A stretch of DNA of 63,980 bases, counting the filler, from Choristocarpus tenellus KU-1152 (Eukaryota > Protista > Phaeophyceae), in assembly GCA_964200185.2 (NCBI GenBank). It is 14 parts of 14 records of this genome, joined end to end, with 100 filler letters (N's around TTAATTAATTAA, not from the genome) between each part and the next. Parts side by side here need not be neighbours in the genome. Positions count along the whole stretch, not along the records: positions 21,064 to 27,444 come from CAXNAD020008259.1; positions 27,545 to 34,031 come from CAXNAD020008029.1; positions 34,132 to 39,030 come from CAXNAD020012612.1; 11 more parts are not named here. One strand, given 5' to 3'. Below are positions 23,959-37,613 of the stretch, one piece after another. Below the pieces are notes generated by a model. That model was not told the origin of the DNA, ran no database searches, and saw only the letters and a list, made by a program, of their open reading frames with translations. Within the stretch, counting starts at the first letter, position 1. Each line of letters starts with the position of its first letter. Made by a program: the position numbers and the translations under genes.

Positions 23959-26900
23959 GGATGTCCTCGTCGAGGGTCCGGACGACGAAAAGCCTCTCAT
24001 AGCGCCCTTGCTCAGACACCTTGATGTGGTCCTTAGTTAGAAAGTCTCTCTCCTATTTACTCACAGTTTCCGGACTGACCATCGCACATCCGGCTGTCAT
24101 CTCGAGCGCTGTTTGACGGTCTTTCCCCTCGTTCATGCACAGGTACAGGATTCGCAGTGTTAGAGCCTTATCTATCACATTTCCTTGTTGAGCACCGGAA
24201 ATGGGCATTGTCCGGGTTTCCTGGACGGGTGATATTTTTTCAAGGCGCAAGGGCGAGGGAGGAGAGGCTTGAGTTGATCGAAAATTGTGTTGATTTCTCG
24301 AATGAATGCAGGCTGGGAGAAAGTCTTAATCAACTTTATACGTCCAACCCCAAGTCCTGGAACAAAAGCGAATGTACAGACAGCATCTTGCAAGAAGTAG
24401 GAGGCACCAAACCATCAGTGTGTAAATAGTCTCAATCTCACCTCCTCTTCTTCCCTGGCGACCTTGTCGATGACTACCTCCACCTGCTTCGCGACCTCTT
24501 CTAAGGATTTGGTGGTATCGAAACGTCTACACAACTGCCTTTGTTACGATCGCTTTCTCCTCTACCTTGCCAGTCCTTTCGACCTTCTTTCGGGCTTCAG
24601 AGACCCTTAGCCCAACCCTAACAGCTTATTTCTCGTTTCCTTAAGCCACTCTGGCTCGCACAGCTTGCAGACAGCCAGGGTCTGCTGCAACTGTCGACAA
24701 CTAAGATGTTCTACACCCGGGTTTTCGCTTAGGCGTTTCCTGAGCACAATGGCACGCAGTCGCACTGCAGTCTTCCTCAATCTTCCCTTCGGGCGGCCAC
24801 CCCGGTTCTCCCTTCTCCTGCTGTAACCAGGTTTCTCCAAAGGCTTCGTCACTGTACCACCAGGTGATGGACTCGCCGCACTCTTCCTGCTTTCCCGAGG
24901 TGGCAGAGACTGCGGAGCAGTGCTCCGAAGTGATTGAAGATCCAACCACGTTTTTGTGGTAATGCTTTCAATGCATATTCTCTCAGTGTCATCGTCGCAA
25001 CCCCGTTATCAATTTTGCGATTTGATGGTGACTTCATTTTCTACCTCTATGGAACATCCCAACACCCCATACCTAAACGTTAATCCCTGGCTTTGTTTTG
25101 GTATTTGGTTTCATTCCTCCTCGGAGATGAAGAACCCACTTCTACATGGGTTACCTATTTCTAAGTCTTTCCATATATAACAACCACCTGTGGATATCTG
25201 TACATTTGGTCATCCTCCCCTTTCTTTTCTACCAGTACTACACCTCAATGAATTTTCATGTAGTCCTCCTTGAATAAGAGTATCCACCAACAAAACGATC
25301 TACCTACAGAAATTCCTGGCGTTGACAGTCTTTGAACACACGAAATTCATCCAGGCAATACCAAAGTGATCGTATTCTGCCTCCACAGATATACCGACAC
25401 ATAGGGGCACAAAACAAACCCCAAAAATCCTGTAACTACAATCGTAAAACCACAAAACTGCTTTCACCTGATCCTGACATACTAGGACAATAATGGTACC
25501 ACACCTGCCAACTTGGAATCAAAGTAAGCCAGAGGCACACAAATATATGCAAGATACAAATTTAGTAACAACTGTGTGTAGGATATTTTCTGAAATGTGT
25601 CAAAATGTTTTCAAACAAAACGGACCGCTCTCAAGTCAAATTTAGTACGTGATCCATAGAGATATGGGTGAATTACAAAAGATTGAAAAACAGACTCTAG
25701 ATGCAAAAAGTCAAAACCTGGGCACCTCCCGTTTATTTTGACTCTGTGGTTCGGGGTGCTGAACCCAACACATGAGAAGCAAGGCGGGAATGGAGGCAGT
25801 ACAATTAGTCGTCCTGGTGCAACAGTTAATCAGTAGTTAGTATGACAAGTAGTGCAAGTGTGAAGCTCCTCTAACCACGATTCGGGATCATCATCGACTA
25901 ATGTGCGCCAAGTAATAATAGTAAAATTTTTGTATCACCATCTAGTCTCGCAAGAACTTCGTTGGGGGGTTTTTGACAATCGCACGTTAAAAATATATTG
26001 AATGGCGCACTCCATTCCACCCCAAAAGACAATAGACAATCTGTGCACGATTTCTTTTAGAGTTTCATTTCCCTCTGGAATATTGTACGCACCACAATGT
26101 GTTGCCTTAGTTTCAACCCCCCTCCATATTGCTGATTGCACTACTGCATGCAGTAGTAGGGGTATTATTGCTGTCACTGTGTTGATTCCAAGTCCTCTCT
26201 GCCCTGTGTGTCATTGCAATAGCACAACTCCAATGAGGTTGCACAACTAAGCACCTTCTACCTCACACATGACACACCATAGCTAAAGTGTTTGGCAGAA
26301 TTCCCCTGGCTGACTGTAACTCGACTGCAATGCAGCATTGTTGTAGAAGCACGGTCAAGAGAAGGAGCCTGTATTGGGCAGGGTGCAAGCCTCCAATACT
26401 GGTAGCTCTTTTGTATGATGAGAGCGAGGGAGAGTTGTTTGCTTCTTGTTTTTGTTCAAGGTGGCTATCTTCACAGAAGACAGGACTGTAAAATTGGGTT
26501 CCGCCCTTCCTTTTTCTTGGTGTAAGATGTGGATGTTGGCACATCATCTATATCCGAGATTGGTGTAGGTCTGCCTCAAAACAAATTGTGGATAGTGTGA
26601 AGAGTTCAAGGTTCCACTCTGAGGTGGTAGTAGTGCTAAAAATATTGTGATTGTTGTTGTTTTGGTGACGATCTGGTAGAGCTAGTTGAGATAGACTCCA
26701 GAGATGTTGAGGAAGCACCAAGCCCTTAGGTACTACAAGCAAGCCACAAAATGGACACATTGGCACTATAGGTAGAGGGGTTGGTAGGTGGCCAAGAGAG
26801 GGTGGGTGGAGGGGTTGGGGCCTGGAAGTAATGGTGATTAGGAAGAAGGGGAAAGATTCAGATAGAACTACAAATGCTGGAGCACAGGTGGTTTCATACC

Positions 26901-29900
26901 ATACCAATTTCACAATTTGAACTGGGGTGCACGGTCACTATTAGAGTTCTAGACCTCTAACTGACACAATCTTGGTCTTCACAAAAACGTGTGCTGCCCA
27001 TTGCATTTTTCAAAATCACACACCACAGTCGCAACAAACAGGGGTGAAAATGCTCGTCAAGGTGGTCAGGCGGCCAAAATTGCCCACCAATATCTCACCA
27101 TGATAATAACAGTCAAAGCAAAAGGCATAACAATATAGACAACAGGAAAGATTAGGAGCACACTCTTACACAGACATTGCATTGGTGAACAGACCAAGGC
27201 ACATCTACAGATAAGGAACGTAAAATCGCCCTGAGGTATGCCGGGGCCCCACTTGAGAAACCTTGAATGCCCGCACCTCTCTAGCTTGACTGTGATCGAA
27301 CAATCAATAATCACACACAACAGACACCTCTCTATACGTGGATCTTGGTCACCTTGGTCCAAGGGTGTCAACACAACAAGGCCGATATATCTGTCTGCCA
27401 ATGGCCACCAAAAATTGACCCAAACTATCTGGGGGCGGGGGGGGNNNNNNNNNNNNNNNNNNNNNNNNNNNNNNNNNNNNNNNNNNNNTTAATTAATTAA
27501 NNNNNNNNNNNNNNNNNNNNNNNNNNNNNNNNNNNNNNNNNNNNGTACTCCAACCATAAGCCTCTAATCTTGAACTTGTGACTTTGACATTTTCCTCTGT
27601 AATGTTACGTAGGCATTCCGAATCTTACTCTGCATCTCCTTAAAATAATCACTTATTCTGTAAGGTTAACCTACGTGTTACTAATATCGTATATAGTTCG
27701 CACTTGTCAGAACTCGAGAAACAATCTTCGCACTTTATGTCAGTTACAAATGTTCGTATTTCCTAACACATAAGGAGAAAAATGCTCGCGCTATTCGTGT
27801 GTAACAAATGCTCAAACTTTGTTGAAATACAAGAAGAAATGCTCACGCTATTCGCCTCTAACAGAAGAGGGTTGAGTTGGGGCTGTATATGTGTGTTAGT
27901 TAAGGGGGGCAACATATTTCTGTGAATGCTGAAGGTTGATAGATAGTTTGAAGCATAATTCGAAGCGTAGGCTAGTCCGAATGAACCGACTACTTCATGA
28001 AGCAATTTCTTGCTAAATAGTACCAAATCATCAGAAATCCGTGATGTTTCGGATCATGTCTTTTGGACGTTTTCCAAGGATGCAAAGGAGGGAATACTAT
28101 GAGAGGAATGAATGCGGGGTTCGTTGAAGAATTGGAATGTATTTCAATATGCCATAATGGCAAAATCTGGAACCTTTTCGGATTTTCCATTTGATGATTT
28201 GTGATTGTATTTTGAAAGTTATGACCAGTTTGTTGAAGACTCACGATGTGTTATTGAATTGGTCAGAATGTATTAATTTTAATGTTTCGGACCTTAACAT
28301 TTTGAGTACTCTGACCAGTTTTGACGATGAGGAATCTGAATTAGAGGCACTAAGGAATGAGGGTGTTGATGAAGTGTTGCGTAGTGGAAATATAGAACAA
28401 GAGTGGAACCCTTAACCTTTTTTGGCTCTTATATTTTGAGGTTAGTGGGGGGAGTGGCAGATGGATTCGAGGCACGAAGAATTGGTGTTCGTGTTGATGA
28501 AGTCTTTCGTGGTGGAAATCTACTGGAAGGAGTGAAACCCACAACCTATAGGATTTTCGTTTTGGAATGTCCTTCAAGGATTTTGTGAGTGTGTGTGATG
28601 TATGTGATGTGTCTTGTGAGTGTGTGTGAGGTTATGTTGTCGCATGGGGATAAAAATGGTCCCTATGAAGTGTTGATTAATGGAACTCAAATACCTTTTT
28701 TTATGATTTGTTGATGATAACCGTTTATGAACAATTTGACATTGTGTTGGATTGTTTAATTTATTGCTAAACATTTTTATTTTGTAGTGTATAGTATTTT
28801 CTATGCAGAGATTTTTACCGTATGGTTACAAAAATAGACCAGATTTGCTGTTGAATTATGAACCTCCTCCACCATTGATGGTTGATTTATTTGTTCGTCT
28901 GAACCTTTGAGTGTACGACGAGCCAAAATATTTAAGGGGGTAGGGCCGTGCTCCTTTGGGACCATAAATCCAATGTTGCGATTTTGATGGATTTTGGCTA
29001 TCGTGTTTGTTAGGAGGTGTCAACAACATCCTTGCTCTGGGCACACCTTTGTTATTCGTATACATTTTAGGTAACTGTGTTCACACAGAATACCGAAAAG
29101 GGGCATAAAAAACCCGTGGGAAGTCAAACCCCGAACGGACAAACAGGGAAATACTCCTACCCTCTCAAATGCTTTCACTCCGACAACAATTTTCATGTTT
29201 CATGTTTGTGTTTTGTGTCGTTGGTTATAGTTTCGAAATTTATGGTTCGAGTATTATGACAGAGGGGACATATATTTGGGACTACAGGATGCAGTCCCCA
29301 CAAAATTGGCAAGAATGGAAGCATTTTTGACATATTTGATGCAAAAGGTTTCCCAATGTTTGGAATGTTAAGTCAATCTCCCCATACGAGAGAACTACAG
29401 AGCATAGACAACTTACCCTAGACACAGGGCTATTCCTTTTCTGTTTATGTCGGACTGTGGAAGAATCTGGAGGCACATCCCATATGGATGTGGTGTTTTG
29501 TTGATGCTGCTCCAGAGGAGTGACCCCATACGTGAGATGACTGGAGTGGTGTGCCACTTATGTGTGCCTGTTTGTTGTTAATTTTTCCTGTAGGTTGTTT
29601 TGGTTGTGGCTGAGATGAAGAGTGATATGTGGGGGGTGGGTGTGGTTGTCTCATGGAGATATACTTGGTAATATTTTTGCACATTTTTCCTGGAAAGGGG
29701 CAGGCATTCAGATCGGTAATAAATATATCCGTTCGATTCCAGCGTCAGGTAATAACGTAGTTTGTTACATGGATCCGGTAAGCTCTAGACAGGGTACTGT
29801 ACTCATTTTGGGGAAGAATGTTGATGGCCTGGTTTTGATAGAAGGCTTCTGTCAGGTGTATGTACGGTGATTCGCCGGTTTGAAATAATGTACAGATAGC

Positions 29901-29938
29901 ACAGCGCTCTATTGGCAGTATAACGTATAATTATTGTA

Positions 29939-31772
29939 CTACCTCTATGCCATAAGTTTGTGCCGTGAAACATCTGGGCTCACCGAGCGAGAACGGCCCC
30001 AAATTGGACGATAACCCACAGAATGAAATCGGGTTGGCAATCTCAGCTTTCAGAAAAGGTGGGGTTCAAAGTAACTGGGGGAGGGGGGGTCTACACCAGG
30101 GTTTCCATTCGGGCCCTGACCAGGAAAAGTGCACTTACATTATCCATTCAACATATGCTACCAAATCACCCAAAAATCGCGACATGGGAAAAATGGGCCC
30201 CAAATGGACAACCACAACCACCTCCCCGATACTTTGAGCTTGGGGGTCGAGGATCATCAGGTACAAACTCGAGGTACTTCAAGCCGTCAAAGTAGTTTTT
30301 TTGGGGGTGATTCTGAGCCCAGAACTGGGCACATCGAGGGTCAGAACGTCGGCATGGCAACCCCCTCGTCGACCCCACGTGTAGGAAGGGTGCCCAAGTA
30401 TCCCTGAATACCAGCGTCGTGCTTGCAGAGCAGAACACCTTCGCAATGGTCCCTGGTGAGCATAAACTGCCACGACATGTTGGACCGGCCCTCACAGTGG
30501 AGTTTGGAGTGTCTGAGCGATACATGTGAGGGCTCTGGGAGGATGCCACCGATCAGCTCGCCAGTGGTCACATGCTTAACCTAGCGGTGGCGGCATATAG
30601 TGGGCGGCCTTCGGAGCTCACACCGACCAAGATAGGCGCAATACATAGTATCAACTCCGATAATCGGTCATCCACAGTGCGTCAGGTGACAATGAAGATT
30701 GCCGCCAAGGGGCTGAATTATAGCACAAGCACAATAAACAGGTGGTTGGATGATATGGGGGCCATGCCGAATCGCCGCCGGATCAAACCCAACTTGAATC
30801 GTGCAATCAAGTGGACCGGAAACGTGGTGTGTACGCCTCCATGGCGAACACGATCCATGTGGATGAAACCCGGTTTTACGTGATGGCTGATGGGGAAAGG
30901 GTTAGGGTATTTCCGCATGAGGATGGTAGCGACCTTCCAGGGTCCCCTACTGTGCAGCACAAGAGTCATATCCCCCAAACCATGATCATTGCAGCCAACG
31001 CCCGCCCAGATTCGGATCACAGCTTTGATGGAAAGGTTGGTGTTTGGCGTGTTTGTGCGCCAAGAACGGCAGACAGGACAAGCAAGAACCATTAAAAGGG
31101 GATGTATATGAGCAAGACTGTAGTTTAGACCATTTGTGGTACAGGAAATGGTACACGGAGGAGTTACTGCCTGCAATCAAGACCAAGATGCCTTGGTTGC
31201 AGGGGAAGCACATTGTCGTTCAGCAAGACGGTGCCACCCCCCACATAGGCAAGGGCAACTCAGAAATTTTGTCAGGGGTAGGGAAAACTAAGGGGTGGTC
31301 GATTAGGCTTTTGTGACGCGGCCATCTAACTCCTCCGATCTCGATATCATCGAGCTGTGCTTTTTCAGGTCTTTGAAATGCTGGGTGGTGGAGGAGCGGT
31401 TTGGGTTCATTGAGGGCGTGGCAAAGGTCATTAAGAAACAGTATGAGGAGTATGATGAAACCACATTTGAGAGGACTTGGCAGCTCCTTTTTGTGGTGTA
31501 CAATCAAGTACTTAGATACAAAGGGGGGAATGACTTCAGTGTGGAGCACACAGGGGTAAGGAAGAGGCAGTTGTCTGGTGAGCTTGAAAACACACCGAAG
31601 GTAGACATGGAGGCTTTTTCTGTGGCTGATAAATTGTGATGAATGGGGAGTAATAATAATAAAAAGAGTTGGCGCTAACCAGAAATTCAGAAATCCTTTT
31701 TTCAGAAATGAATTTCATCAACATCTTCAAACGTTATGGACAACACGGCACAGACCTATGGCACGGAGATAG
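29939..31772 (+). mobile_element. Full-length non-functional Tc1/mariner element, plant/oomycete (DD39D-like, Stowaway-related) clade
   Basis: 29-bp TIRs: CTACCTCTATGCCATAAGTTTGTGCCGTG (29939-29967) and its inverse at 31744-31772 with 5 mismatches. TA flanks both sides. Confidence 0.93.
30572..31639 (+). pseudogene. Mariner transposase pseudogene
   Basis: IHVDETRFY, KSHIPQTMIIAANARP, FDGKVGVW, LLPAIKTKMP, IVVQQDGATPH, RPSNSSDLDIIELCFFRSL and GGNDFSVEH are spread over 4 ORFs by frameshifts and a stop. Confidence 0.92.
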
Positions 31773-32741
31773 TAACATTATTTTTTTTGTGGAAAAATAT
31801 AATGGTTCGTTGAAGTTTTTACTATTACCAGAAATATTTAACGAAATAACTTCATTTTGGTTCTATTATTCTTACTTGTGCTGTAATCAGTACATAAAAC
31901 TCTGTTCATTTTTGTCCAGTTACAGTCGAGAGTTAGTAGTTGTTACATATTAGTTGGTCATCCACTTCAACGATGAGTGAGATTTTGAAATAATTTGGGA
32001 TCCATCCGAACAAATTTATTGACGACCAGTTATTATACCAGGTGAAACCTCTAATCTCAGAGTTCACATGCCCCAAAGATTTCGATGGGAAATTTATTGA
32101 GTGTTGAGTGTGACTTAGCTTTCTACCGAAACATTAAGTGAATTCCAAAAATGAATCGTTCCAACTCTCACTTTCCACAGAGTTTTATTTGTGAAGTTCT
32201 GATATTGAGTCAAACCAACTGAGAGGTAGGTAGGTAGTGTTGCATTTTAAGGATCATGTGAAAGAGCGAAAACATGCCATTTTGTACAATCGCATAAAGA
32301 GTCCTTGCTGAATTTGTGGTTTCACTTCGTGTGTGGAAAGAGGGACTATCAATTTTGTGTACACTACTACTGTGCTCATAAATCAATAAAGTAGAGTGTA
32401 TTGCACAGAGGGTAAGAAAGGTGATTCACAATGCACTAAGGTCCAAACCTCCCTACCCCTCAATTGATTTGACTCAATACATTTTAGTCAACTCTGAGAG
32501 TGGCAATTGTTTCCTCACTTTCGAATTTTCGGAAAGGCCATGAGTTTGAATGGATCAGTGCGAAGAGTTCATTCCTGACTGTGCATGATGTATGAATGGG
32601 ATTTTATTTTGAACAATAAGTTCTGAGAGTGAGTTGGTTGGACGTGGTTCCAACTGAAGATTATCATTCATATATCAGGTACAAATATTCTTGTAATTAT
32701 TGGAAGATACGCTTCGGGAAAGGAGAGGCAGACATGAATTT

Positions 32742-33788
32742 CAGACGTACAGGACACAGAATAGCATTTTAGCATGAAGGATGACGTTAAAATGGAGAAT
32801 GTTCGACAAAAAAATAGCGAGTTTCTTGTCAATTGCCCAAGTACTATGTACTTTTATGGCCTCTGACATTTTACACACGAGTGAGGGATGAGCCGAGCCA
32901 AAATCGTAAGGACCCCTGTCAAAGTAACAGTTGTCGTTAATGTAAGAGATTCCTATCCAAAACAATATACAATTTGCTTATCTAGGCAACAATGCTCCCC
33001 TAAAGGTTTGGTAATTACAATGTTTAGCGCACACTGCTGCTATGCCTCCAATCTAGCTTATCCCCACAAAGGTGGACGTGGACCTAGGGAAGCATCCCAG
33101 TAATCTGACAAGTCCCTTCTCATCTGTATGGTGTCTCCATCTTGAAATGCACTATGCGTCCGAGAGAGCCAAGGACTTCTTGTGATATCGGTTTGACTTT
33201 TTCCGTGACACATCTACACAATGTCAGAGGGCATACTACTACAATATTATTATTATGCCCTCTGTCAATTTGCAGAATACTTTTAAGTGTGTACTTTTCT
33301 ACTTTGGAGAATTGGTACAAAAAACATACCGCCCTCATTGTTTTGCCGTCCATGGCGATACATCATAAAGTACTCCAATTCTCCAGAACGGTTGAATGCA
33401 GATGCTTCCCTAGCTCCTCGCCCAGTTGTGTACGGCGAAGCTAGGTTGTAGGCATAATAGCAGCAGTGTACGTATCACATTGTAATTACGGGCTTTCATT
33501 GGAGTGTAGTATAGGTGGTAGTCAATTAATTGTAGAAAAGAGATCTTGGAGAGATATCTTTCACATTTACGACAACTGTTACTTTTTGAAGGGTCCTCAT
33601 TATATTGAATTGACTTTTTCGTGGGCGCATCTGGAAAATGTCAAAGATCATAATAATATAATGTAGTAAGCTTTTTCGATTTTTTGTTGTTGTTGGTATT
33701 ATAAATTATTCTTTTTGTCTGAGAGAGGTCTCTTTTTGGGATCTCCCACACACATTTTGTGGATATTGCGCGCGTCCATATACATCTG
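32742..33788. mobile_element. Non-autonomous foldback element with diverged inverted arms of about 320 bp (MULE/FB-like)
   Basis: GGACCC..AAAGTAACAGTTGTCGT (about 32910) pairs with about 33569-33596, GTAATTACAATG..CACTGCTGCTATGCCT..CTAGCTT (about 33011-33059) pairs with about 33438-33489, and CAGACGTAC pairs with TACATCTG at the ends. No ORF. TSD not identified. Confidence 0.75.
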
Positions 33789-35183
33789 CGCGCGCCAACC
33801 ACGTCATCGAAATTGCCCGTATCAACCAGTCTACAAAACCAGACATGTCCACAAGATCCGGATTTGAACCTAACAGTCAGAAAGACTATCAAAACGAATA
33901 TCTATTCCGATTCTGACTGATCTATTTTTCTGCTGTGACGATGCTCAATCATTCTGTGACATTTAACAGCCGATTTCAAAAATTGAGGATGGAGCTTTTC
34001 ATTGAGGATGGGCTTGACCCAAAATTGTCTGNNNNNNNNNNNNNNNNNNNNNNNNNNNNNNNNNNNNNNNNNNNNTTAATTAATTAANNNNNNNNNNNNN
34101 NNNNNNNNNNNNNNNNNNNNNNNNNNNNNNNCATACGGCAATAACGGTATAATAACAGACAAACATGCTTTCCACAAATGCGCTGGTGGGTCTCTTCGCC
34201 CCCACACTGAGCCATAGTAAACAAGACGTACCCAGTTTTGCCGTTTTGCACTTTAAGCCAGTTCTTCAATTTTTTGCAATTCACCCATATAATTCTATGG
34301 GTGATGTGCAAAGTTTGACTTCGGAGGGTTGCTTTCTGTATTATTGAGTGAAAATTTTCGACACAATTCGGAAATCCTACACGCCAAAGTGCAAAAGGTA
34401 AAAGTTAAATACACGTAAAGGTCAACAGAACTCCGAAAATAAGGTTAGTAGAGAAGGTCAAGGAAATTAGTGAAAGGTAAAGGAGTTACAAGGCACTCTT
34501 TGCCAAAAAGCAGAATCAACCACACTATCTATGAGAAACGTTGAAAAGAGAGTGAAATCTTTTGAGGGAAATTTGAAGAACTTGTGGTGAAACCTGTGGG
34601 ATCTGCGACAATAATGGACCAAAGGAAGAGGTGATGCCATACGACGTTACGGAGATGTAATGTCTGTGAAACACGACAGTTCGTTGAACAACCAAGTAGA
34701 ACGGATTGGAAGGCCGATATAGAGCCGGTAGAAAACGATACAGATAGAAATGTCAACCATGCATACCCCTATTAAACTGTCATTAATGAGAGGTAATAAT
34801 AGTTTTGTGATACTTTGGTCGAAACCAGTGCGCATCATTTGTTGATAAATTTATTATAGATTGAAAATAGAACACATTTTTCCACAAACACTTTGATTCC
34901 AAAAAGGTATTCAAGTCAACCCAACCACATAGAAAAGCAAGAGGTGGGAATCTACACTCCTTACTTACTTCCTGATGTAGCGATCTTGGGTGTAATGTTT
35001 TTTTCATCACATCGGGTAGTGGCTCGCAAGCTTTGTTTGGGCGTCGCTCTTGTCTGCTGGTTGTATCGTTGTTTGCCTTCTTGATCCCATTGATATCACC
35101 TCAACCCGAAAAGTGATCTACGAGGTATCAACGAGGTACAGCATAATTCAAGTGTCGATGCTACTCTGCCGTATAGAAAGGAT

Positions 35184-37613
35184 ATGGCTTTACGCAGAGT
35201 CGACCTGGATCTGAAGCACGCAGAGCTACTTGAGATTTCGTCACGACTTGCACGGGAACAGGAAGAGCTCCTCAAGAAGGTACTCTCAACTCCCCTACGT
35301 AGTGGTGCTTCAATTGTTTTTTCTATGGCAAAATAGGTCTTGCTTGGATACAAGAAGTGAACATGTGGCATGATTACTAAGATCGAGGAATTTCGGTCAC
35401 TTGGGCGCAGGGGCGATGTTGAACTCGAGGATTCTTGGAATTAGGGTGTACTTCAGCTCCTTTGCTGGAGGTAACGACATAGTTGCATGGGGAGTAGCTA
35501 TAACTTCTCGATACCTACCTCATGTATATCTAGGTAAGGGCCTGGTGTACGAATGGCTAGTTCCATAGTGAGGAGGAAGCTCCTTGGGAGATGGATGCGC
35601 TGAAATATGGCTGAAATCACGTACTTGACTTTTGAAGCATCTAAGTATGCACTATTTCTGCAAGGCCTCGAGATAAATGGTAGTTAATGCGTGATTGTGA
35701 TAGGATTCTTCTCCGCGATTCACGTTTGCTAGGTTCCATGTCAAGCGGCATGGGAAGTAAAGCTCGATGGACCTTGAGGGACTCGAATTTCATCACAAAT
35801 GGAGAAATACCCCCTATAGTCCACGCAATGTGGGTAAAGTGAATGTTCTCGATCCTCCCCAACCTATATTCACTTCCAAATGAACAATGGTGGTTCTTAC
35901 AGTTATCATCCCCATCAGACCCTTTCATGCACTCAACCTCTAAACAAAACTTCCGCCGTCCATCTCACCATAAGTCTACATATCATGTATTATGCTAAAT
36001 TTGAAAGATACCCCTTTCCACTCGTCCTTCCTGACCTATTTCCATTTCCCTCTTCCTACTGACATATTTCCACAGCTCAAGCTGTCGACTGACATCGTGC
36101 AAAAAATGTGCAGAACAGTTGAGGGGGGGCACCTTCCACAGCCGACCGAATACCCAGACGCCAAGACGGATCAGATCCGACGTGATCTCAATCTTACAAT
36201 GGCGAGCCTAGAGGTGATGGATGCCCAGGCCACCTGCATCCAGGCGGATCACCTGTCGCTCATGGCCCGTTGGAATGTCATTGAGGCAAGGGCGCTCTCT
36301 GTGGAGACGGTGGGCACAGCCGAGGACAACGTCAGGGAAGTGAACAGGCTATTGAGGGAGGCAGAGGAGAGGCTAGTGAGGGCAATGAATGATGCGGAAG
36401 AAGTAGGGATGGTGAGGATATGTATATGGCGATGTGTTTTCCACTGATGAGGGCAGGGTGTTCATTGAGAGGAGCTGTATGGACGAGCTTTCCCCCTCTA
36501 CTTGGAAGGTTTATAGTTTGAAGAAACCATGTACAGGACAGTAGTACAAGGGCATGCAGAGGTTGGAGCATAAGCGAGAATGCAAGGGTTGGTATGACTC
36601 ACCTCTGTTGCCTAAAATGACTTCTTTTCCTCTCAGCAAGTATTTGCAATTAGCATGAACATGCAGCCTTTCAAAGAGAATGCAGCCCTTCCAGTATATG
36701 TGAAGAGGCGTGAGCCAGAGTCTCAGCACTCTTGTGGAAAACGTCTTTGTGTATAAACTTGAGATATCTGTCCTATTGTGTCATTTTTCTGGAGCTCTGC
36801 TTGATTTCGTTTTTTGGTTCCGTACTGAAGGACAAGCTTGGAATACCAAAATCAAGCCTTCCGCTAAGAGCAGATGTAGTGGCATCACCTCTGTAGGAGT
36901 GGGTAAGAAACCACGTGCCACCTCTCTATATCGTTTTCCCTGTTAACAGTAGGTGCTTGACGCCTTCTCAGTTTCCCTCACACAAGTTTTGAAATGCACT
37001 TATGACAAGATGGCGTCTCCATTTTTCTGTATGATCTCACTGAACGTGCATTTCCAGGAGCTATATGAGTGGCAGTTACATTCCAGACAACGGAGTGCGC
37101 GTTGTTTTTAGGAATTTTTCCACAGAGAGGGAATGGAATTGAGATTGGCTGTCACACAACTGTAACTGTGGGTGCCATCGATGCATGATATGTCTAACGC
37201 AGGACAGATCGATGACAGCATCATGCGTCCAAGTTGCAGGCAGTCCCCTTGCTGAATATGTTGCTTCCTAAGCCACATAATCAGATCATAGGAGCATGCC
37301 TCTTTGCTTGGCAAGTTTATTGTATTCACTGGTGTTTATCTGAGGTATGGGCAGTCCAACCCTCCTGGGACTTACCGCTTGAAACAGAGTATTTCATTTT
37401 TTAAGATGCAGCAGTGAACTGCTGATACCTCACTTCTCTTCCCCTCCAATATCCCCCTTGCATCATCCTTTCCCCCCAATCTCACAGGAGACTGCTCGTA
37501 AGGACAAGACGGCAGTGATGGCTTTGGGGTGGACAGGCTCTGTGTTAGTAATTGTCACGTTCTTCTATGCGTATTTGTTACTCAGGGTAGGGGGAGAGGC
37601 ATGGGGAAGCTGA
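35184..37613 (+). CDS. Three-exon gene (35184-35279, 36076-36411, 37488-37613) for a coiled-coil protein of about 185 aa with a C-terminal transmembrane helix
   Basis: MALRRVDLDLKHAELLEISSRLAREQEELLKK|LKLSTD...NDAEEVGM|ETARKDKTAVMALGWTGSVLVIVTFFYAYLLLRVGGEAWGS*. GT-AG sites, all phase 0. The true start is uncertain. Confidence 0.7.

Noticed and set aside
27603-27870. Possible solo LTR starting TGTTACG (a similar case occurs at 38422-38866)
   Set aside because: No matching terminus with a target site duplication was found.
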